A stretch of DNA of 64,000 bases from a virus. Shown piece after piece: positions 1-8,097 of this stretch. Where the stretch lies: positions 9,219-73,218 of the IMG/VR virus record IMGVR_UViG_3300021088_000008; one strand, written 5' to 3'. Below the pieces are notes generated by a model. That model had not been told where the DNA came from. It saw only the letters and a program-made list of their open reading frames with translations, and searched no databases. The translations under genes were made by a program, and so were the position numbers. The stretch's first letter is position 1. Each line of letters opens with the position of its first letter.

Positions 1-2
1 GC

Positions 3-1076
3 GGCGATCGAACCACGCTGTATTTTTTCGATGAGGAGGCCCACCACCCGCGCCAGGAGCTCGTAGCAGCTGCTCTATCGCAGACGACCAATTGCCAGAT
101 CGGGATGAGCTCGGTCCGCGGCATGAACAACCTGTTCGCGCAGAAGCGCTGGGGCGGAAAAATCGACGTCTTCATTTTCGATTGGCGTGAGGACCCACGC
201 AAAGATGAGGCCTGGTACGAACGCCAGTGCGAAGACTTGGACCCAGTCATCGTCGCCCAGGAGATCGACCGGGACTATTCGGCCTCGATCCATGGTGTGG
301 TCATCCCGGGCCTGTGGGTGCGCGCGGCGATCGACGCCAAGAAAAAGCTCGGCATCGCGCCATCGGGCAAGAAGGGCGTTGCGTTCGACGTCGCCGACGA
401 GGGGGACGACAAGAACGCGATCGCGCGCTGCGAGGGGACCGAGGTCGTCGAGACCGACGAATGGAGCGGCAAAGGCGGCGATATCTTCTCGTCGACGGAA
501 TACGTCTTCGATGTCTGCGATGAGAACGGATACCCCGAGTTCCGATACGATGCCGACGGCATGGGCGCCGATGTCCGCGGTGACGCCCGGGTGATCAACG
601 AGCGCCGCGTCAAGAACAAGGCGCGGGTGATTCGGGCGATCGGCTACCGTGGCTCGGAGAGCGTCTATGACCCTGAAGGGATCGTCGAGGGCACCATTGG
701 CTCAGAGGGCGACGCCGGCCGCACCAACCAAGACTATTTCGGGAATCACAAGGCGCAATCGTGGTGGTCGCTACGGAAGCGGTTCCAGCGGACTTATCGC
801 TGGGTCGAGACCGGCGTGACGTGCGCGCCGGACGATATCATCTCGCTGAATTCCGAGAATCCGAACCTGATGAAGCTCGTCGCAGAGTTGAGCCAAGCCA
901 CGTACAAGCAAAACGAGGTCGGTAAGATCATCATTGAAAAGAAGCCGAATGGCCGGAAGAGCCCGAACCAGGCCGACGCTGTTGTGATCCATTACGCGCC
1001 GATGGAGCAGCCACCGGTCGAGATCACGATGGACATGCTGAGGCAGATCGCGCAGGCAGGCGCACGGAGAAGATAG
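3..1076 (+). CDS. terL: Terminase large subunit, 5'-truncated by the window edge
   Basis: Frame open from nt 3 (GDRTTLYFFDEEAH, Walker B-like). C-terminal RNase H-like nuclease motifs AFDVADEGDDKNA, YDADGMG and KSPNQADA. Upstream of the portal. Confidence 0.9.
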   Translation, partial: GDRTTLYFFDEEAHHPRQELVAAALSQTTNCQIGMSSVRGMNNLFAQKRWGGKIDVFIFDWREDPRKDEAWYERQCEDLDPVIVAQEIDRDYSASIHGVVIPGLWVRAAIDAKKKLGIAPSGKKGVAFDVADEGDDKNAIARCEGTEVVETDEWSGKGGDIFSSTEYVFDVCDENGYPEFRYDADGMGADVRGDARVINERRVKNKARVIRAIGYRGSESVYDPEGIVEGTIGSEGDAGRTNQDYFGNHKAQSWWSLRKRFQRTYRWVETGVTCAPDDIISLNSENPNLMKLVAELSQATYKQNEVGKIIIEKKPNGRKSPNQADAVVIHYAPMEQPPVEITMDMLRQIAQAGARRR

Positions 1077-1140
1077 ACATCGAGGATAAATTTCCCCATA
1101 ATTGTTCGGATCGTCCCTCTATAAAGAATGGTGACCCCAC

Positions 1141-1440
1141 ATGTCGATTGCTGAAAAAACCTCGGATGCCTGCATGGAACGAGAGTTGAACCTCTTGGAA
1201 GACGGAAAGCTTCCGCCCGACATCTGGATTTCTGATGAAAAATGGTTTCCTTATGCTGTGCCTGGGGCTGTGCATCACATCGAAGTCGCCAACGCTCGAC
1301 ATTGCACGATAAATATGATCACGCCAAGTAGGTCTGATCCATTGAAGAAATACTCTCAATTCTATCTCTCGATGGTTCAGATGGCGAAGAACTTGAAAGA
1401 CGTCGGACGGCTGAAGTTTCACGGAAGTGCCGAAGGTTGA
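1141..1440 (+). CDS. Hypothetical protein (AT-richer insert)
   Basis: 99-aa ORF after terL, visibly lower GC than its flanks, no recognisable motif. Confidence 0.5.
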   Translation: MSIAEKTSDACMERELNLLEDGKLPPDIWISDEKWFPYAVPGAVHHIEVANARHCTINMITPSRSDPLKKYSQFYLSMVQMAKNLKDVGRLKFHGSAEG

Positions 1441-1739
1441 TCACCGATTCGGAATGGCTGGCGATGCTCGATATCTATCGCGCCGACGAGAAGCCGGCGC
1501 GGAAATCTGGGAATAGGCCGCGCGCGGCGCTGGACACGGGGGACAAATCTCCCTATATCGTTTGACGGCCCAGACGGTAGCCGACGCACCAAGGCCATTT
1601 AGCGGGTAAGTTCGGTGGGACTATCGAGTGCAGCCCCGGCCAGACGAAGGCGACACCGCATTCGATCTCACGCGGTAGAAGACCGCGGACCTCCATGCTG
1701 GCGGTGGGCCCTCCAAGTCGCCGCTGGCATGGATCAACG

Positions 1740-1782
1740 AAGGCGGCCGAGAAAGCGCCCCCAGCTCGGCCGCCTTTTTGTT
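1740..1782 (+). terminator. Intrinsic terminator-like hairpin
   Basis: AAGGCGGCCGAG-loop-CTCGGCCGCCTT followed by TTTGTT. Confidence 0.7.
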
Positions 1783-1937
1783 CCATGTTTCCTCCGTCTA
1801 GGAGCTTACGCGCGGAAGGCAAAAGACGGTGCGACACCTGCATAGTGGTGTGGCTTAGGGAAGGACTGGCGGCCTTCGGGTGCGGCCCAGCGGTGGAGAG
1901 AACCGGTCCCTGCTATTCATTTCGGAGCTTGTTCGTC

Positions 1938-2150
1938 ATGAAACGGACCCGGAAGTACGTGATCAGACAGAAGCCTAGGCGGCATGTGTCGGTTTCGGTT
2001 GCTGCGGCGAAGAAGGGCTGGCGCACTCGGCGTAAGCTCGCGCGGGCGGCGCCGCCTATTCTGCTCCGCCTGCTGGACGAGGTTCAAGCCGAAAGACGAC
2101 GGGGACGCGGCCTGACCCGCCGGCTTGAATCCATCCGACTTTGCAGATAG
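1938..2150 (+). CDS. Small basic Arg/Lys-rich protein
   Basis: ATG at 1938 with GGAG about 10 nt upstream. MKRTRKYVIRQKPRR...AAKKGWRTRR. Confidence 0.35.
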   Translation: MKRTRKYVIRQKPRRHVSVSVAAAKKGWRTRRKLARAAPPILLRLLDEVQAERRRGRGLTRRLESIRLCR

Positions 2151-2261
2151 AAAAAGAAAGCCCGGCTCGAGTTTGCGACTCGGCCGGGCAAATCCGCAGG
2201 CATCCTTGGCAGGGTTTGCGGAAGTTGGTCAGATCTTTGAATAGACGCAAGCATGCTCTTT

Positions 2262-2811
2262 TTCAAGATCAAAATGTTCAAAAATGTTCAAAAAGTTCAA
2301 AGATGCCTGCCAGCCCGGCTATCGCCGATTGAGCCTCGGATCATCCTTCATCGCAAAGCGAGCCTCGCCGTAGAACGGAGCGAGGGAGTAACGGCGAGCG
2401 GGAACTTCACCTTCCGACCGCGATCGATTGCCGCCAAGGGGATCGATCGGAAACTGAGGCAAGTACGGCATTTTTGTTTCCTGTTTGCGGGAGAGTGATT
2501 CGCAAGCCCGGGCGGCTGGCCCCCGATATCACGGGCACCTCAGCTCTACTCGCTGCCACCCTCGGGGTGGAATGCTTGGTACCTCAACCGCATGGCATAG
2601 ATGCCGGGTCTTGCGGAAGGACGGCTATGCCTTTAACAGTTCAAAGAATGTTCAAATGTTCAAAGCCGGGGTGATTCGATGGCGCGCGGCGGATTTCGGA
2701 AAAACAGCGGACCGAAGCTTGATGCAGATGGAAAGGCATTGAAGCCGTACAAGCGTCGCGATGGGGAAAGTTCAGAGAGTTCAAACGGGGAAAGTTCAAA
2801 CGTTGTTCAAA
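2262..2811 (+). repeat. Three clusters of GTTCAAA-type direct repeats
   Basis: GTTCAAA at 2276, 2286, 2295; 2639, 2650, 2658; 2779, 2794, 2805. GTTCAGA at 2770. GGGGAAAGTTCA occurs twice (2763, 2787). Confidence 0.85.
2360..2635 (+). ncRNA. Candidate structured non-coding RNA
   Basis: Nested complementary segments: CGGCGAG 2392 / CTCGCTG 2549, CTGAGG 2454 / CCTCAG 2538, GCCCG 2506 / CGGGC 2532, GGCATAG 2594 / CTATGCC 2625, plus local hairpins. No convincing ORF. Strand assumed. Confidence 0.4.
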
Positions 2812-5800
2812 TGCGTGCGGCCAAGGCTGTGCCGGCCGAGCCAAAGGCCGAAGATGACCCTGCGATCAATCCCCGCGCCTGGGCGATGATGCTCCCTGAG
2901 ATCGAGGAGATCAGCCGGCGGTATTCGGCGAAGAAAGAGCGGACGTCGGCCGACAACCCGTTCCAACTGCCAGCGTTCCCCAAGGCCGCGGTTCCATCCG
3001 ATCCCAAGCTGCTGATGGCGCAGGACAGCGCCCTAACGGCAAATCTGGGGTTCGCCTCGAATCAGTGGCTCGCCGGCGGCGATGGCGGGTTCGCCGGCGA
3101 AGGGTTCATGTTCTTGGGCTACACCTACCTGTCGGAGCTCGCGCTGCGCCCCGAGTACCGCGTCATGGCCGAGACGATCGCGGATGATGCGACCCGGAAA
3201 TGGATTGATTTCGACGTCGTTGGCGATGAGAAGACGCAGCAGGAGGACCGCGAGAAGGACCCGGCCGGCTACGACGAGCGCATGGCCGATCCAGACGAGC
3301 GCAAGAAGCGCGTCAACGGCGCCGGCAAGACGGACAAGGTCAAGGCGCTGCAGGACGACCAGCTGCGCCTGGCGGTCCGCGACCGCTATTACGAGCAGGC
3401 GCGCAACGGCGGATTCTTCGGCCGCAGCCATCTCTTCCACGACATCCGAACCAACGATTCGGACGACATCAACGTCGAGGAGCTCAAGAACCCGATCGGG
3501 AATGGCCGCGACGCGCTCAGCAAGACCAAGGTTCCGATAGGATCGTTCAAGGCGCTGAAGACGATCGAGCCCATGTGGGCCTACCCGCTGATGTACAACG
3601 CCGCATATCCGTGGCGCCAGGACTGGTACAATCCGCAAGTCTGGTACGTGAACGGCCAGGAGTTTCACGGCTCGCGGTTGCTGACATTCATTCCGCATCC
3701 GGTGCCGGACATGCTCAAGCCGGCCTACGCGTTCGGCGGGCTCAGCCTAACCCAGATGGCGAAGCCGTATGTCGACCGCTGGGTCACCACCGTCTCGAGC
3801 GTGAACGCGCTGATCCACTCGTTCTCGGTCATGGTTCTCGCGACCGATCTGTCGACGCTGATGCAGCCAGGCAACATGGCCGCACTGATGGCGCGCCTCG
3901 CGATGTTTAATATGTTGCGCGATAATCAGGGCGTTTTTGCCATCAACAACAAGACTGAGGACTTCAAGAACGTCTCGGCCTCGCTGGCCGGCTTGCACGA
4001 GCTCCAAGCGCAAAGTCAGGAGCATATGTGTGTTCAGGCCGGAACCCTAATCGAGACGGACCGCGGTCCAGTCCCGATTGAGGGCATGACCACAAATGAT
4101 CAGGTGTTGACCCGTAATGGCTTTGCTTCTATCAACTGGATAGGAGTTACCGGGCACGTCGACACTTTGATCAGAATCGAGGCTGGCGACTCCATTATCT
4201 CGGTCACGAAAGAGCACCCGATATGGTCGGAGACAGCCGACGATTTTGTCGCTGCGAAGAATGTGAATCCTTCCCACCGCCTCTTCGTGCTCGAAACCGT
4301 AAGCCCGGGAAATATGGGTCGTCCATCGCTTGGCGAGGTCGATGGTGGTGGCATACGAAAGAGGGCTATTACCGCGGTCCTATCCCGGACGGCTATGAAA
4401 TCCATCATGGCGATGAGGATGGCACCAACAACGAATGGGGCAATCTTGAGTTGCTCACCTATTCAGAACATCAGGCTCGCCACATTCGGATTGGATTCAA
4501 CGTCTACGATCGAACATACGCGAAAAAATGCGTGGTTTGCGGCGATGGTTTCACGAGCGTTTTCGTGGGTGAGAGATCTCGGTATTGCTCTCAATCCTGC
4601 AAATCAAAAGCCCTCAAAATTCGACGTGGCTGGAAACCTAGGCGGGATCCGAAGCGGTGCGAATGTTGCGGAGATATGTTCACGCCAATACGTAAAAGCA
4701 CCACTAGATTTTGTTCTGACAGATGCTATCAGCGCGACGGATACCGGAAACGCCGTGGCTCACTCGACAAGAGATGCCTCCATTGCGGCGGGAAATTCAC
4801 CCCAAAGCGAATCGATTGCAGATGCTGTTCTCCTGCGTGCAACCGCTCGCTCATTAACCAAAATCGGCGCGTTCAACGTGCCGCGACAGCCCGTCTATAA
4901 CATCTCAGTTGCGAACGGATTTTTGCCAGAATTCTTCGCCAACGGAATCCTTGTTCATAATTGCTCCGTCAATCGGATCCCGCTCGTCAAGTTCACTGGA
5001 ATCCAGCCTGCTGGGCTGAATGCATCGTCGGAAGGCGAGCTTGAGTGTTATGACACTACCATTGAGGGCTATCAGGCGCGCGTCCTCGACGGCAACCTGA
5101 GAACCACCATTAACCTCGAGCAACTCTCGTTGTGGGGCGAAATAGATCCGGAAATTACGCACCGATGGGAAAAGTTGCGACCGATTACGGAAGCCGAGCG
5201 CGGCCAGAAGCAAAAGGACGACGCGGACACCCGTGAGAAGTACGTCGACATGGGTTCGTTCTCGCCGCAGGAGATCCGCAAGATCGCGATCGAGGATCCG
5301 GAGTTGCCGTTTGGGGGGTTGGATCCGGATGACGTTCCGAAGCCGCCGGCGGAGGAGGGCCTGCTCGGGCCTGGCGCGGGCGCCGCGGCGACCGAGTTCG
5401 AGAAAGAGGCCAGCGGCCAGGGCGGCGACAAGCCCGACAAGGGAGGCGGGGCTAGCGATGCCGTCCTCCCTTTCCTCGCGGGCGACGCTGAGTTCGTGGA
5501 ATCGGACCACCCGCGCGCGCCAGACGGCAAGTTCGGAAGTGGCGGGGGAGCATCAGCGCCGGCCGAGCATCCCCATGGGAGCACGCCGAAATTCCACGCA
5601 ATGGTCACCAAGCACAAGATTCCAGAGGCGGCCAGTGAAGTCGCTAAGTCGGCGCGCGCGCTCAAACAGAAGCAAAGCACCGTTGCCAAATACGCGAAGT
5701 ACATCACTTCCCTCAACGAGAAGGTGGACGAGATTACGAATTCATCCTCTTCGCCGGATCAGCTCATCTCGTTGCGCGACTTGGCTGAGGCTCCGACACC

Positions 5801-6554
5801 CGACGAAATTAACGATTTCGCGCGCGGTCTGGTCCGTGAGGGCAAGGTCAAGGACGTCCTTGGATTCGAGGACGATAAGGATGGATTCAAGGACTTGATG
5901 GAGGAGCTCAGCCCGCAGGAGAAGCAAGACCTGATGATGCTCAAGGGGCGGCTGGAGGCGCTTTACCCGAAGGCATTCGAAGCGGCAAAGGAGACCCGTA
6001 AGATCGCGCTCGAGACCGAGAAGGCGATGAAGGTCATGCGGAAGCGGATCGACAAGTCGCCATCGTATGACGATTTCGATGACCCCGACGATATCGAGCA
6101 TCTCTATGCTGACCAGATGGCTACGCTCTTTGATCAGGACCCGGAAGACCTCGATGATCTGATCGGCGTCACGAGCTATCTCGCTGATGAGCCAATATCG
6201 GCCGAATATGCCGAAATCCTCCACGGTCAGAAGGAGGACATCGACGAATCGGCCGCCGAGCGGCGACGGTTCGACGCGCTCTCAGAAGAGGAGCAGGCGG
6301 AGGAATTGGCGGAAAAGGCCGAGAAAGAGCGACTAGATAAGGCGATGGAGGACAAGCACCGAGAGTTGACCATCGAAATCGCCATGCGAGACGGCTGGAA
6401 ACCGGAATTCAATGACATCGGCAGCGTGACGAATCGGCCTGAGAGCGTGAAACAGGTCGCGTCATCGCCGACCAGCATCGGGAAGATGTACCGATTCCTG
6501 AAGGCATCCGGCGTTGAGATCCCAGAGGCCGGGAAGCGATTCCTGGATTGGTGA
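2679..6554 (+). CDS. Portal protein (DUF1073 family) precursor with an intein and a ~355-aa C-terminal extension
   Basis: Follows terL. Motifs F(L)GYTYLSELALRPEYR, PDMLKPAYAFGGLSLTQ, RDNQG and IPLVKFTGIQPAGLNASSEGE are typical of DUF1073 portals. Confidence 0.9.
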   Translation: MARGGFRKNSGPKLDADGKALKPYKRRDGESSESSNGESSNVVQMRAAKAVPAEPKAEDDPAINPRAWAMMLPEIEEISRRYSAKKERTSADNPFQLPAFPKAAVPSDPKLLMAQDSALTANLGFASNQWLAGGDGGFAGEGFMFLGYTYLSELALRPEYRVMAETIADDATRKWIDFDVVGDEKTQQEDREKDPAGYDERMADPDERKKRVNGAGKTDKVKALQDDQLRLAVRDRYYEQARNGGFFGRSHLFHDIRTNDSDDINVEELKNPIGNGRDALSKTKVPIGSFKALKTIEPMWAYPLMYNAAYPWRQDWYNPQVWYVNGQEFHGSRLLTFIPHPVPDMLKPAYAFGGLSLTQMAKPYVDRWVTTVSSVNALIHSFSVMVLATDLSTLMQPGNMAALMARLAMFNMLRDNQGVFAINNKTEDFKNVSASLAGLHELQAQSQEHMCVQAGTLIETDRGPVPIEGMTTNDQVLTRNGFASINWIGVTGHVDTLIRIEAGDSIISVTKEHPIWSETADDFVAAKNVNPSHRLFVLETVSPGNMGRPSLGEVDGGGIRKRAITAVLSRTAMKSIMAMRMAPTTNGAILSCSPIQNIRLATFGLDSTSTIEHTRKNAWFAAMVSRAFSWVRDLGIALNPANQKPSKFDVAGNLGGIRSGANVAEICSRQYVKAPLDFVLTDAISATDTGNAVAHSTRDASIAAGNSPQSESIADAVLLRATARSLTKIGAFNVPRQPVYNISVANGFLPEFFANGILVHNCSVNRIPLVKFTGIQPAGLNASSEGELECYDTTIEGYQARVLDGNLRTTINLEQLSLWGEIDPEITHRWEKLRPITEAERGQKQKDDADTREKYVDMGSFSPQEIRKIAIEDPELPFGGLDPDDVPKPPAEEGLLGPGAGAAATEFEKEASGQGGDKPDKGGGASDAVLPFLAGDAEFVESDHPRAPDGKFGSGGGASAPAEHPHGSTPKFHAMVTKHKIPEAASEVAKSARALKQKQSTVAKYAKYITSLNEKVDEITNSSSSPDQLISLRDLAEAPTPDEINDFARGLVREGKVKDVLGFEDDKDGFKDLMEELSPQEKQDLMMLKGRLEALYPKAFEAAKETRKIALETEKAMKVMRKRIDKSPSYDDFDDPDDIEHLYADQMATLFDQDPEDLDDLIGVTSYLADEPISAEYAEILHGQKEDIDESAAERRRFDALSEEEQAEELAEKAEKERLDKAMEDKHRELTIEIAMRDGWKPEFNDIGSVTNRPESVKQVASSPTSIGKMYRFLKASGVEIPEAGKRFLDW
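4029..4961 (+). mobile_element. Intein (311 aa, portal residues 451-761)
   Basis: Block A CVQAGTLIETDRG, block B VTKEHPIW, block F VYNISV, block G FFANGILVHN followed by +1 Cys. Removing it restores a portal-like QSQEHM-CSVNRIPLVK. Confidence 0.93.
4223..4900 (+). CDS. HNH endonuclease with three CxxC...CSxxC zinc-finger repeats, nested out of frame inside the intein
   Basis: GPIPDGYEIHHGDEDGTNNEWGNLELLTYSEHQARH, then CVVCG..YCSQSC, CECCG..FCSDRC and CLHCG..CCSPAC. Frame is -1 relative to the portal. Confidence 0.85.
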   Translation: MVGDSRRFCRCEECESFPPPLRARNRKPGKYGSSIAWRGRWWWHTKEGYYRGPIPDGYEIHHGDEDGTNNEWGNLELLTYSEHQARHIRIGFNVYDRTYAKKCVVCGDGFTSVFVGERSRYCSQSCKSKALKIRRGWKPRRDPKRCECCGDMFTPIRKSTTRFCSDRCYQRDGYRKRRGSLDKRCLHCGGKFTPKRIDCRCCSPACNRSLINQNRRVQRAATARL

Positions 6555-6557
6555 GGA

Positions 6558-7199
6558 TCAGCGAGGCTTGATTGAGGTCATTGCAGCGCGGCCGATATAC
6601 TCGGCATAAGCCGGTGGGATCGCCTGGGTGATCTCGCGCCAGTTCATCCAATCGATGCCCATGGCATCGCGAGCTTCGCCGATCGATCGTGCCCTCGGGA
6701 TTCTGTAACCGTCCCCGAAGTGACCTTGCGGATGCTCGCCATATACTCCCACGAGCCGCTTGCCGCGGCACGAGCATTTCTTCCATATGCAGCAACCGAA
6801 GCTAGTTTCGAAGAGCCGATGGCGGCGAACGCCAAGGCCGAAGTGGGTACCGCATAGCGTCATCGCGTTGCGCAGAGGCGCCCCGATCACGTTCTCGATC
6901 ACGGTCATCGGGCATGCGGCCAGCAATTTCCGCACATCGGCAATCAGCGAAACATGGGAATTATCGTTCCACGAAGCGTTGAATCCGACATGCGCCTGAC
7001 ATGGAGGGCTCGCCCATACCAAATCGAAACGCTGTAAATCGAATGGCAGCCGAAGCGCGTCGGCCTGCACGAATCGGAACGGATAAGCAGGCTGCGGTTT
7101 ACTGTCGACGCCGATCAAGTCGAATCCGGCCCGATGCAATCCCATGGATGCACCACCGGCGCCGCAGAACAGATCAAGAGCAATAGGCCTGTGGTTCAC
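6558..7199 (-). CDS. DNA cytosine-5 methyltransferase (short phage type)
   Basis: Motif I LDLFCGAGG, motif IV SPPCQ, motif VI ENV, RRHRLF and C-terminal QAIPPAYAEYIG. Confidence 0.88.
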   Translation of the reverse strand: MNHRPIALDLFCGAGGASMGLHRAGFDLIGVDSKPQPAYPFRFVQADALRLPFDLQRFDLVWASPPCQAHVGFNASWNDNSHVSLIADVRKLLAACPMTVIENVIGAPLRNAMTLCGTHFGLGVRRHRLFETSFGCCIWKKCSCRGKRLVGVYGEHPQGHFGDGYRIPRARSIGEARDAMGIDWMNWREITQAIPPAYAEYIGRAAMTSIKPR

Positions 7200-7390
7200 A
7201 GCAGGTCCTCTTTCCTGAGCTTCCCGGCGATCAGCAGCTCAATCACCTTCGCAACGAGCTTCGGGACTGGACCATCGCCGGCTGCGATTCGCTGCGCCTG
7301 CCGGCGGCCGATCCCGAAATACAGGGCGGCGCCGACGATCGTGATGCCGAGGCTTTTCAGGGCGGCGCGGTATTTGGCGGGGGTCATCAA
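7196..7390 (-). CDS. Small HTH DNA-binding protein
   Basis: MTPAKYRAALKSLGITIVGAALYFGIGRRQAQRIAAGD..PVP, XRE/Cro-like pattern. Confidence 0.7.
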   Translation of the reverse strand: MMTPAKYRAALKSLGITIVGAALYFGIGRRQAQRIAAGDGPVPKLVAKVIELLIAGKLRKEDLL

Positions 7391-7695
7391 CTCAGGATCT
7401 CGGTGAGGACCGAGGCCAGCGGGACGGGCGGCAAGCGATTGTCATACAGAAGCTTGCTGGTATCCAAGAAGCCCGTGAATGCGTCGAACTTGTTGCTGAG
7501 TGGCTGATCCCAGACGCGGCCGTTATAGGAGATGTGCCCGATGGTCTCGGTGGTGCCAGCGATATAGACGTTGACTGGGCGGAAGGTGGAGCATCCCTCG
7601 CCGCTCTCGTCTCGGATCTCGCAGTAGCATTCCGATAGCCACTTCAGATCGCCTTGGTGCATTTCACCGCGGATATTGGCGTAGAATTTGGTCAT
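7387..7695 (-). CDS. Hypothetical phage protein
   Basis: AAGGA RBS, motif IGHISYNGRVW, 4-bp overlap with the next gene. Confidence 0.65.
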   Translation of the reverse strand: MTKFYANIRGEMHQGDLKWLSECYCEIRDESGEGCSTFRPVNVYIAGTTETIGHISYNGRVWDQPLSNKFDAFTGFLDTSKLLYDNRLPPVPLASVLTEILS

Positions 7696-7777
7696 GGTGT
7701 GATCCTTCAGTTCGCTGTTACCAGCATGAAGATGGCGTAGAGCATTGCGACGGTGACGGAGGCGGCGAGGAGGTCCA

Positions 7778-7960
7778 TCACTTGGCCTCTTCGAGATTTA
7801 TTGCCGCTCGCAGTTCCTGTTGGAACTTGTACAGTTCAAAAAGGGCATGGCCTTCTCGGCTTTCATAGCCGTAATTGCCAGGAGCGCCGAACGCTGCATG
7901 GATCTGCAGGATTTGCAAATCCGCCTTTCTGGCTGCTTCAAGTAGGGTCATCGGTGCCAT
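7778..7960 (-). CDS. Hypothetical protein
   Basis: ATG at 7960 with GGAG RBS, downstream of a sigma70-like promoter. Confidence 0.55.
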   Translation of the reverse strand: MAPMTLLEAARKADLQILQIHAAFGAPGNYGYESREGHALFELYKFQQELRAAINLEEAK

Positions 7961-7985
7961 AATGCGCTCCCGTTTCGATGACCAA

Positions 7986-8013
7986 ACCATACGCCCTCCC
8001 GAGAATACGTCAA
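7986..8013 (-). promoter_or_regulatory. Sigma70-like promoter for the antisense cassette
   Basis: On the minus strand, TTGACG-N16-TATGGT upstream of 7960. Confidence 0.45.
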
Positions 8014-8097
8014 TAGGTCGCATCAATAAATCGTAGATATTTATCCCCGATTGTGCAATATGGGCGGAACGGCGATAATGACCGAATGGAGGTTCCA

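Noticed and set aside
2262-2811. CRISPR array
   Set aside because: Units are 7-12 bp with no 25-45 bp repeat/spacer period, and no cas genes are present.
4223-4900. Nested HNH as a sequencing artefact or chance shadow ORF
   Set aside because: It carries ordered HNH and triple zinc-finger motifs, while the intein frame is also uninterrupted with intact ends. An artefact would need two compensating indels plus a stop-free shifted frame. Not fully excluded without reads.
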